Source of the DNA: Squalus acanthias
Lineage: Eukaryota
Direction: 5' to 3'
Length of the DNA: 64,000 nucleotides
Assembly (NCBI GenBank): GCA_030390025.1
Contig: CM059432.1
Span: forward strand, 118,422,001-118,486,000
The notes below the pieces were generated by a model, which was not told the origin of the DNA, did no database searches, and saw nothing but the letters and a program-made list of their open reading frames with translations. Shown piece by piece: positions 37,271-47,725 of this stretch. Numbering within the stretch: position 1 is the stretch's first letter; every line of letters starts with the position of its first letter. Both the position numbers and the translations under genes were made by a program.

Positions 37271-38034
37271 GGAACAGAAATTCAGGGTCCCCACGGGTGA
37301 GTACGCTGCTGTGTACTCACCCGTAGGGCCACCGGAAGTGCCAGTTTCGCGCATGCACTGTGCATGCACAGGGAAACTGGAACCTCCGGTCTCGTGAAGG
37401 AAGGGGTTCGAGGGTCAACCGCATGCGCGGGAGAGGCAGCGCACACGCCGCGAGCTTCCGTTTTTTTACAGGTTTTTGAGTGAGGGTAAGTCCCCAGCAG
37501 CTGCGCGGGGAAAAAGCAGGCGCAAGGCCTGCTTTTAACAAGGTAAGTGGTGAATTAAGTTAAATGAAAACATTTTTTCCACAGGTTTATTATTTTTAAA
37601 TACTTTAAAGAAAGGTAAGCTTATTTTTAGCCCCGTTAAAAACTGTAATTAATTTTATCAAAAATTAAAAATTATGTTTAAAATAGTTAATTTATGTAAT
37701 TTATAGTTATTTTAAAAATGTTATTTTTTAAAAATTTATTTAAAGTTTTAGTTAGGTTTTGGGGCCGATCTCTATTCATAGATTTGACAGGTCTTCCTGT
37801 CAAATCTATGAATGGAGATTCCCTGTTCCGATTGGCTCTCCATGGCCCACGTGATCCCAGGGGACGCTTCGAACTAACTGTGCCCCTGGGATACGCAAGC
37901 ACTGCACACCGGCAGCTGGAGGAGGCCCAGGATCGGAATCCCACACGGGCCCACAGCACAACGGCAGGTGCGCTAGGTAAGTGCAGGTTGGGGGCTTGCA
38001 CCCGCGGGAAGCCTCCGACCCGAATTTCTGTCCC
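37271..38034. mobile_element. Harbinger-type MITE, family A copy 3
   Basis: TIRs GGAACAGAAATTC / GAATTTCTGTCCC, TSD AAT. Confidence 0.9.
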
Positions 38035-38067
38035 AATGTTTCAGGTCGATGACCATTCATCAGAACT
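38035..38067 (-). ncRNA. Minimal type I hammerhead ribozyme motif of the Penelope pLTR (its 3' stem-I strand is displaced to 37264-37270)
   Basis: Minus strand reads AGUU-CUGAUGA-AU-GGUC-AUC-GACC-U-GAAAC-AUU|AACU. Confidence 0.7.
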
Positions 38068-38347
38068 AGAAAAAGCTGGTGATCGAACAGGTTTTTAAGT
38101 AAGTGCAGGGGCAGGGAAAAGAGGGGAGGGGAGAAAAGAACAAAAGGGAAGGTCTGTGATAGGATGGAAGGCAGGAGAGATTAAGAGACATTAAGAGATG
38201 GTGCAAGGCAAAAGGAGATGGTAATGGGACAAGTTAAGGAACAAAAGATGGCTCTAGATGAAGTGTAAATGGCACTGGCAGAATGAAAGTCAGCTGCCAT
38301 GTGGGAGAGAGAAAAAAAATGGAAAAAAAAAAGAATAGAGGCAGAGG

Positions 38348-39711
38348 TTATGGTCTGAAATTGTTGAACTCTATGTTGAGTCCAGAAGGCTGTAAAGTGC
38401 CTAATCGAAAGATGAGGTGCTGTTCCTTGAGCTTACATTGAGTTTCATTGGAACAGTTTAAGAGGCTGAGGACGGTGAGGTCTGAGTGGGAGTGGAGCGG
38501 AGAATTAAAGTGACAAGCGACCGGAAGCTCAGTGTCAACCTTATGGACTGAACGGAGGTGTTCCGCAAAGCGGTCACCCAATCTGCGTTTGGTCTCCCCA
38601 ATGTAGAGGAGACTGCATCGTGAGCAGCGAATACAGTATACTAAATTGCAAGAAGCACAAGTAAATCGCTGTTTTACCTGGAAGGAGTGTTTGGGGCCCT
38701 GGACAGTGGGAAGGGTGTAGGTAAAAGGGCATGTGTTGCATCTCCTGCGCTTGCACGGGAAGGTGCCGGGCAAAGGGGAAGGGGTGTCGGGGGTGATAGA
38801 GGAGTGGACCAGGGTGTCGTGGAGGGAGCGGTCCCTTCTTAATGCTGAAAGGGGAGGTGAGGGGAAGATGTGTTTGGTGGTGGGATCGTGCTGGAGGTGG
38901 CAGAAATGGCGGAGGATGATCCATTGAATATGGAGGCTGGTGGGTGAAAGGTGAGGACAAGGGGAACCCTATCGTGGTTCCGGGAGGGAGGGGAAGGGGT
39001 GAGAGCAGAAGTGCAGGAGATAGAACGGACACGGTCAAGGTCCGTGTCAACCACAGTAGAGGGGAATCCTCGGTTGAGGAAAAAGGAAGACATGTCGGAA
39101 TCACTGGTATGGAAAGTGGCATCGTCAGAGCAGATACGGCGGAGATGGAGAAACTGGGAGAATGGAATAGAGTCCTTACAGGAAGCAGGGTGGGAGGAGG
39201 TGTAGTCCAGGTAGCTGTGGGAGTCAGTGGGCTTGTAGTGAATGTTTGTCAATAGCTTATCCCCAGAGATGGAGACAGAGAAGTCGAGGAAGGGAAGGGA
39301 AGAGTCGGAGATGGACCATGTGAAGGTGAAGGGAAGGGTGGAAATTGGAAGCAATGTGAATGAAATTTTCTAGTTCAGGGCGAGAGCAGGAAACAGCACC
39401 GATACAGTCATCAATGTACTGGAAAAAGAGGTGAGGGAGGGGACCTGAGTAGGACTGGAACAAAGAGTGTTCCACATATCCCACAAAATGGCAGGCATAG
39501 CTGGGACCCATGTGGGTTCCCATAGCAACACCTTTAATTTGGAGGAAGTGAGTGGAGTCAAAGGAGAAGTTGTTCAGTGTGAGAACAAGTTCAGCCAGGT
39601 GGAGGAGGGTGGTGGTGGATGGGGACTGGTTGGGCCTCTGTTCAAGGAAGAAGCGGAGTGCCCTCAGGCCATCCTGTTGGGGGATGGCGGTGTAGAGGGA
39701 TTGGACGTCCA
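38348..39711 (-). pseudogene. Penelope RT / GIY-YIG ORF, frameshifted
   Basis: ORF pieces 39257-39718, 38839-39354 and 38348-38773. Confidence 0.9.
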
Positions 39712-39793
39712 TAGTCATTTGGGTGTTTACTTCTCTTACAAAGTAAAGTTTGTCATCCTGATTGTAACTTTATAAAACAAAAGTGATGACAAA

Positions 39794-40479
39794 GGGCTGG
39801 ATTTTCATTGACCTGTGGAGGTGGGTTTGGAGGCATGTGGGGGGTTAAAATTGCGAAAACTGGTGGGCGGGCACAAGTCCGCCTCCATGCAATTTTCGTT
39901 AAATCGTGTCTGCTGGTCCTGACTCCATCCCGCCTCTAAGAGGTGGGATAGGCTGTTAAGGCCCTTAACAAGCACTAAATTGCCTCGATAATGCCATTTT
40001 GAAAGGCCTTTGTGATTTTAACCCTTGTTCTACGTGAAGCACGCCTGTTCTGAACCACGACTGTGAAACCTGGCGGGGAGCATGGCTGGACGGACAGATG
40101 GACGGACGGACGGACGGCTATGTGGATGACTATGTGGATGGATGGATGTATATATGGATGGAGAGGAGACATATCTGGGAGTGGTGGTCTAAAAATATCT
40201 GGGAGCAGACTTAGGGCTGCTGCTGCTCATTTTGCAGGTCCTCTCACAGCAAAGGCCAGGCAGTCTTTGAAGACCTTCAATGCAGCAGCAATGATGACAT
40301 CATCAAAAGCGACTTTCAGACTGAAAACACTAATTGGTTCATGGGTTCCCACATGCTGGAACTCAATTGCCCAATTAGGTGAAAATTGCATCAATCTCCC
40401 ACATCCAGTTGCAGTCGGGTGGATAACACGTAAAGTGGATGACACGACCCCAACCCGCCCCAGTATCAAAATCCAGCCC
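39794..40479. mobile_element. Harbinger-type MITE with an internal (GGAC/GGAT)n microsatellite
   Basis: TIRs GGGCTGGATTTT / AAAATCCAGCCC, TSD AAA. Confidence 0.85.
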
Positions 40480-40677
40480 AAAGAATCAAATATTTGGCCT
40501 ATGTGTGCTCAGAAATGGAAGTTGAACAGTGAGGGGTCAGGGTGCCTTTCATGTGTAATGATGGTGGTGAGCGTGATAGGAAACCACAGTTTATTGTACA
40601 AATGATGTATGGTGTATTAAGAAGGTCATCCAGATATTCATTTCCACATGCCAGCCACATGTGGTTGATGCGTAAAC

Positions 40678-41850
40678 TTACGCGAATCTGGCATGGATGA
40701 GTGCATCCCTTGCCTCATGGCCAGCAATGTGCTCGCGTGCTGGTGGAATTGGCACATCCACTCCCGCAAGGCATCCCTCATCTGCTGCCTCCTCCTCCTC
40801 TTCCGAGGAGGCTGTGCGCTGAGCCACTTGTTCCTCAGGCAGCACTAAGCCACACTGCTGTGCAAAGTTGTGCAGTGCACAGCAGACGACGTTGATTCTG
40901 GAGACCCTGGCTGGGGCATACTGTAGGACTCCACCAGATCTGTTGAGGCATCTGAATCGTATTTTGAGCAAGCAAATGGTTTGCTCTATGATGCTTCTGG
41001 TGAAAATGTGGCTAACATTGTACCGCTCCTCAGCTTCGTTTGATGGCCTCCTCATCAGGGTCATTAGCCACTTTTTCAGATATAGCCCTTGTCTCCAAGT
41101 AGCCATACGGAAAGTTGGGTTGGTGGATTGAAGAGCTGAGGCACAGTAGACTGCCGCATGATGACGAGTCATGGCAACTGCCAGGGAACTTGGCGCAAAC
41201 ATGCATAATGTTCTTCCTGTGGTTACACACCAGCTGGACATTAAGGGAGTGGAAGCCCTTGTGGTTGACAAATACTGGGTTGTGATGGGGTGCCCTAATG
41301 GCCACATGTGTGCAGTCTACGATGCCCTGCATCCTTGGGAAGCCTGCCATATTTGCAAAGCCAACCGCATGAGCAGTTACACTTGCTTCATCCGTGGAGA
41401 AGTGGAAGTAATTGTGCGCCTTTGCAAAGAGGGCATCGGTAACCTGCGTGATGCAAGTGTGTGCAGCCGCTGATGTCTGCTGATGATCCCTGGAAGGGCC
41501 CTGAAGCAAAGACATCGAGTGCGGTGGTGACTTTAACAGCCACTGGTAAGGAGTGTCCACCCACTCCTCTGGGCTCCAGGTGTTGGTGCAGAATTGTGCA
41601 GATGTCAGCTTCCTTACAGTGCTGCTCACTCATGTTGAGGAAGCTCATCCTCGGCCTGTAAGCCCTGTGTTGGGGGTATCTCCTGCAGCGAGGTGCAGCC
41701 CTGCGCTGACGCCCTCTGCCCTGTGCAGCATCAGGTGGCTGAGGAGGAGGTTGGCGCTCCTGTTGTTGCTGCAGCTGTTGTGCCCGGTTCTGCTGCTGCC
41801 GCGGCTACTCTTCCTCCAATGCTGAGGACCAGGATGACAGGGTATAAATG
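40678..41850 (-). pseudogene. Harbinger DDE transposase of H3, frameshifted
   Basis: [50 protein letters not shown]. Confidence 0.9.
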
Positions 41851-42897
41851 GTTCCCATCCCGCTGGTATATATCTCAGTTGAGGAATAGATGTTATAAGC
41901 GCTCAGTCAATGTGGCCAGAGGGACTTCCAAGGAGGTCACAGTGCATACGGATTTCAGTTTAAAGACTCACAAGCTCAAAAAACCTGCAAAACATGTTCC
42001 AAAACCTCAAAGCACAAAGTTCTGTCTTCTGAAAGTCAGCCATGTTGCACCTCCGCTTTTATGCTGCAGGAGCAGCTGTCAACAATTCAGATCCTTGCTG
42101 AACCCGGCACAATCAGCTGCCGTGTTTGTCGCATGACGGGCAACATGCCGAAATGTTCTTAAAATAGGAAGAGCCAGCTAAAAAGGGATCATCTAGGCAT
42201 TTAACAAGCTGTTAACAGCCTTAAGTGCTTCTCCCGCCGTTTGGTGTCGGGTCTGATCGGGACTCGAGACCCGACACTTTGCAAAGTTGCGTGGAGGTGG
42301 GATGGCGGTGGGGTAGCAACCCGCCGTCACTCACTTAGATTTTTACTCCTGACCCGCCTCCAAACCCGCCCTCTGAGCGCTGGCAAATTCACGGCCAAAG
42401 AGTCTGCAAAGGGATATGGATAGGTTAAGTAAGTGGGCAAAAATTTGGCAGATGGAGTATAATGTGGGAAAATGTGAAGTTATCCACTTTGGTAGGAAGA
42501 ATAGAAAAGCAAAATATTATTTAAATGGAGAGAGACTACAGAATGCTGAGGTACAGAGGGATCTGGGTGTCCTCGTACATGAAACACAAAAAGTTAGCAT
42601 GCAGGTACAGCAAATAATTAGGAAGGTAAATGGAATTTTGGCCTTTATTGCAAGGGGGATGGAGTATAAAAGTAGGGAAATCTTGCTACAACTGTACAGG
42701 GTGTTGCTGAGACCACACCTGGAGTACTGCGTACAGTTTTGGTCTCCTTATTTAATTTACATTGGAGGCAGTTCAGAGAAGGTTCACTAGGATGATTCCT
42801 GGGATGAAGGGCTTGTCTTATGAGGAAAGGTTGAGCAGGTTGGGCCTATACTCATTGGAGTTTAGAAGAATGAGAGGTGATCTTCTTGAAACACATA

Positions 42898-43597
42898 GGG
42901 GGAAAAATTGGGTTGCTTTGCACCTCCCGTTAGCACCCCTGGGGGGCACTAACGGGGTGCAAAGCCCCCAGCGCTTGGGCGCGGCTCTGTTAACGACTTA
43001 GTGGCAGCGGAAGCTGGTAGCGCCCTGCGGTGCATCACCACCGGCGATTACGTCATTGCCGTATGCAGCACACCGGCCGCAAACTTCGGCCGCGCCCTCT
43101 GACCTATCACTGGATGATTTGTCCAACAGGGTCAGGGTGGCATTTTTGCAGCCACGGCAAGTTAAAGCCAACACCCAGCACCTACCCCATTCCCCTTTTT
43201 TCTTTGGGGTGCTGGCCGTGATCGCTCAGCCGGGCATTCCTCTTGAGTGCTGGGCTGTGTTCCCGGCACCCTGCTCCCCGGTGGTCCAGCAGGGCCCCGG
43301 TGTGAGCAGCGCTAGGCCTCTCCCCTTTAATCAGCGGAGGGAGGCCTGCAATGATGCGGCGCGACGTGCCGACGCGCGTGGCGCTGTTTCACGTAGCACC
43401 GCAAAATTCACTGGTAGCGCCCCAAGAAGGAGGGGGAGCGCTTCCAGTAGCACCCCGCCTCCTGCTCGCCACCTCCTCCTCCTCCTCCTCCTACTACTGA
43501 AATTACGGTGCAGGGGCGGTAACTTTTTCGGGGTGCTAAAAGTAGTACCCTGGCGAAGTTAGTGCCCCAAAGGTGGGTGCCACCGAATTTCTCCCCC
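42898..43597. mobile_element. Harbinger-type MITE related to the H1/H2 ends
   Basis: TIRs GGGGGAAAAATT / AATTTCTCCCCC, TSD ATA. Subterminal GCACCTCCCGTTAGCACC is shared with H1. Confidence 0.9.
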
Positions 43598-44563
43598 ATA
43601 AGGTTCTGAAGGGGCTCGACAGGGTAGATGCTGAGAGGATGTTTCCCCTCGTGGGGGTATCTTGAACTAGGGGGCATAGTTTCAGAATAAGGGGTCACCC
43701 ATTTAAGACGGAGATGAGGAGGAATTTCTTCTCTCAGAGGGTCATGAATCTTTGGAATTCTCTACCCGAGAGAGCTGTGGAGGCTGAGTCATTGAATATA
43801 TTCAAGGTTGAGATAGACAGATATTTGAACTGCAGGGGAGTCAATGGTTATGGGGCATAGGCAGAAAAGTGGAGTTGAGGCCAAGATCAGATCAGCCATG
43901 ATCTTATTGAATGGCGGAGCAGGCTCGAGGGGCTGAGTGGCCTATTCCTTCTCCTATTTCATATGTTCTTATGTAATGTTCTCAGTCCTAAATGGCCGAC
44001 CCCTTATGTTGGTATGTTGCCTCCCTGGTGCCAGGGTCAAGGATGTCACTGAATGGCTGCAGGACATTCTGAAGGGGGAGGGTGAACAGCCAGAGGTCGT
44101 GGTCCATATCGGTACCAACAACATCGGTAGGAAAAGGGACGAAGTCCTGCAAGCAGAATATAGGGAGCTAGGAAATAAATTAAAAAGCAGGATCTCAAAG
44201 GTAGTAATCTCAGGATTACTCCCAGTGCCATGTGCTAGCGAGAGCAGAAATAGGAGAATAGACCAGATGAATGCGTTGCTGGAGAGATGGTGTAGGAGGG
44301 AGCGATTTAAATTACTGAGGCATTGGGACCAATTCTGGGGAAGGTGGGACCTGTACAAGCTGGACAGGTTACACCTCGGCAGAACAGGGATCAATATCCT
44401 CGCAGGGGGGTTTGATAGTGCTGTTGGGAAGGATTTAAACTGGTTTGTCAGGGGGCTGGGAACCTAAGTGTGGGCCCAGAACAGAGAGAAACAAAGCTGG
44501 AAGTGCAAGTTAGAAAAGTAGTCAGCAAAACTAGTAGGGAGCTGAAACAAAGGCCAACAGTAA

Positions 44564-47500
44564 AGAGCCAGCATGTAGAAAGTCCTACAAAAGAGGGGGT
44601 GGTACTGGACCTAATTCTAGGGAATGTAGCCGGGCAAATGGTAGAAGTGTCAGTAGGAGAGCATTTTGGTGACAGTGACCATAATTCGGTGAGATTTAAG
44701 GTAGTCATGGAAAAGGACAAAGATGGACCGGAAATAAAGGTTCTAAATTGGGGGAAGGCCGATTTTAATATGATAAGGCAGGATCTGGCCAAAGTGGACT
44801 GGGATCAGCTACTTGTAGGAAAATCCACATCAGAGCAGTGGGAGTCTTTCAGAAAGGAAATAGAGAGAGTACAACGGCAACATGTTCCCATAAAGGTCAA
44901 GGGTGGGACCAAGAAGCCCAGGGAACCCTGGATGTCAAGGGAGAGACGAGAACGGATTAGGAAAAAAGGGAGGCTTTTGGCAGATACAAAGGACTAAAAA
45001 CAGTGGAAGCCCTAGATGAGTATAGAAAGTGCAGGGGGGTCCTTAAAAAAGAAATTAGGAGAGCGAAGAGGGGGCATGAAATAACACTGGTAGGCAAAAT
45101 AAAGGAAAATCCCAAGGTGTTTTATAAGTATATTAAGGGCAAGAGGATAACCAGAGAAAGAGTAGGGCCCATTAGGGACCAAAGTGGCAATCTGTGTGTA
45201 GAGCCAGAAGATGTAGGTGGGGTTTAAATGAATATTTTGCATCTGTGTTCACTATGGAGAAGGACGATGTAGGCATAGAAATCAGGCAGGGGGATTGTGA
45301 TATACTTGAACAAATTAGTATTGAGAGGGAGGAGGTACTAGCGGTTTTAGCAGGCTTAAAAGTGGATAAATCCCCAGGCCCAGACAAGATGTATCCCAGG
45401 CTGCTGTGTGAGGCAAGGGAGGAGATTGCAGAGGCTCTGACACAAATTTTCAGAACCTCTCTGGCCACAGGGGAGGTGCCAGAGGACTGGAGCACAGCTA
45501 ACGTTGTACCATTATTCAAGAAGGGTAGTAGGGATAAACCAGGGAATTACAGGCCAGTGAGCCTAATATCAGTGGTAGGGAAATTATTGGAAAAAATTCT
45601 GAGGGACAGAATTAGTCTGACCAATTTGATTGAATTTTTCGAGGGGGTGACTAGGTGTGTGGATGAGGGTAGTGCAGTTGATGTGGTCTACCTGGATTTC
45701 AGTAAGGCTTTTGACAAAGTCCCGCATGGGAGACTGGTCAAGAAGGTAAGAGCCCATGGGATCCAGGGCAACTTGGCACATTGGATAAAAATTGGCTTAG
45801 TGGCAGGAGGCAGAGGGCGATGGTCGAAGGTTGTTTTTGTGACTGGAAGCCTGTGTCCAGTGGTGTACCGCAGGGATCGGTGCTGGGTCTTTGCTGTTTG
45901 TAGTGTACATTAATGACTTAGATATAAATGTAGGAGGTATGACCAGTAAGTTCGCAAATGACACGAAAATTGGTGGGGTGGCAAATAGCGAGGAGGGAAG
46001 CCTCAGGCTACAGGACGATATAGACGGGTTGGTTAGATGGGCAGAACAGTGGCAAATGGAATTTAACCCTGAAAAGTGTGAGGTGATGCATTTTGGGAGG
46101 ACTAACAAGGCAAGGGAATACACAATGAATGGTAGGACCCTAGGAAGGACAGAGGATCAGAGGGACCTTGGTGTGCATGTACATAGATCCCTGAAGGCAG
46201 CAGGACAGGTAGATAAGGTGATTAAGAAGGCATATGGGATACTTGACTTCATGAGCCGAGGCATAGAATATAAGAGCAGGGAGGTTATGATGGAGCTGTA
46301 CAAAACGCTAGTTAGGCCACAGCTGGAATACTGTGTGCAGTTCTGGTCGCCACACTATAGGAGGGATGTGATTGCATTGGAGAGGGTGCAGAGGAGATTC
46401 ACCAGGATGTTACCTGGGCTGGAGCGCTTCAGCTATGAAGAGAGACTGGACAGGCTGGGGTTGTTTTCCTTAGAGCAGAGAAGGCTGAGGGGGGACCTGA
46501 TTGAGGTGTACAAAATCATGAGGGGCATAGATAGGGTGGATAGAAATGAACTTTTCCCCTTAGTAGAGGGGTCAATAACCAGGGGGCATCGTTTCAAGGT
46601 AAGGGGCAGGAGGTTTAGAGGGGATTTGAGGACAAACTTTTTCACCCAGAGGGTGGTTGGAATCTGGAACTCACTGCCTGAAAGGGTGGTAGAGGCAGGA
46701 ACCCTCACAACATTCAAGACACATTTAGATGAGCACTTGAAACGCCATAGCATACAAGGCTACGGACCAAGTGCTGGAAAATGCGTTTAGAATAGACAGG
46801 GCTAGATGGCCGGCGCGGACACAATGGGCCAAAGGGCCTGTTTCTGTGCTGTATAACTCTATGGGGGAGAAATTCAGTATCGCCTGGCGCTAATTATCGC
46901 CACCGACTGCAAAATTGACTTTTATCGCCCGTGGAGATGATTGGAGCGCTAAATCAGGCGCTTCACACCTGTCTTAAGGCGCAAAGGCCGAGGAGCGAGG
47001 CGCTACCTCAGGGCGCTGGCGAAGCTCATGTAATGTCAGTCAGCAATGGAGCACACACACAATGGCACGGGCCAGTTCTTAAAGGGGATGGTTAATCTTG
47101 CTTTCCATTGACATCCTGCACATTGCAGCCTTGAATCTCGGCCCGGAGAGACCTGCACATCAAATCTGCTGGAAAGAACAATGGAGAGTACCAGGCAAAG
47201 AGCTCAGAGTGCAGCCCCCACAGTCTTTTCTAAATCGATACAAGGAATGGTAAATCAAAATGAACCTGCAAAGTGCTGCTTAGTACCCAAAACTCCTGCA
47301 CACAACGTTGAATCTCTCCAGAAGTCTCTCTCTCTCTCTCTCAGAATGCGTAGTTCAAAAATGGCACCAACAATAAAAGGCAGGAAGCGGTCACCTTTAA
47401 ATAGCGCTCCCCCTTTCCCTTCATGACTGCAGAACGCTCCCCTCAACCTGTCGTTGCTAGCGTCAGGCGATAAGGCAGGGGGCGCCACTCAATATCCGCT

Positions 47501-47725
47501 CCGGGGCGATACCGGGGTGTTGCGCACTCCACTGACGTCACGATCTGCCGGTGCAGGAGATCGTGGTGGTAATGTTTAGCGCCGCCGCAAAATGTATAGT
47601 TAATTTCGCGAGCGGCACAAACTTCGCCGCGCCTGGGCGCTCGATGCTTTGTGCCCCATTAGCGCCCTCTTAAGGCGCTAACGGGAGGCGCAACCAACTG
47701 AATTTTTCCCCCTATGACTCTATGA
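44564..47725 (+). mobile_element. 5'-truncated CR1 (young family) inserted in the preceding CR1
   Basis: EN C-terminus through RT (ORFs 44470-46790). A CTATGACT-type tail is split by a Harbinger derivative. Confidence 0.85.
46863..47712. mobile_element. Internal-deletion derivative (850 bp) of the H2 Harbinger family
   Basis: Both ends are colinear with 7804-8190 and ~14200-15134. TSD TAT. Retains the Myb start MESTRQRAQ. Confidence 0.9.

Larger units (their letters stand above)
37202..39711 (-). mobile_element. 5'-truncated Penelope-like element (Neptune-type; RT + GIY-YIG)
   Basis: RT motifs (MDVQSLYT, GVAMGT, YIDD), Cys-rich linker CKRRRCNTC and GIY-YIG (LVYCIRC..LYIGETKR.L..RFAEH). A 13-bp duplication TAGTCATTTGGGT flanks it at 37189-37201 / 39712-39724. 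Confidence 0.9.
35442..42396. mobile_element. Two-gene PIF/Harbinger transposon (H3), decayed
   Basis: TIRs GGCCGCGATTTTGCCA / TGGCAAATTCACGGCC, TSD AAA. Confidence 0.9.
34670..43980 (+). mobile_element. CR1 LINE (34670-35441, 42400-42897, 43601-43980) interrupted by a Harbinger and a MITE
   Basis: RT fragments are continuous across the insertions (GAGGACACAAA|GAGTCTGCAA; GAAACACATA|AGGTTCTG). A 3' tail is present. Confidence 0.9.

Noticed and set aside
40678..41850. Domesticated HARBI1 gene
   Set aside because: It is frameshifted, lies within TIRs and a TSD, and is multicopy, so it is a transposon pseudogene.
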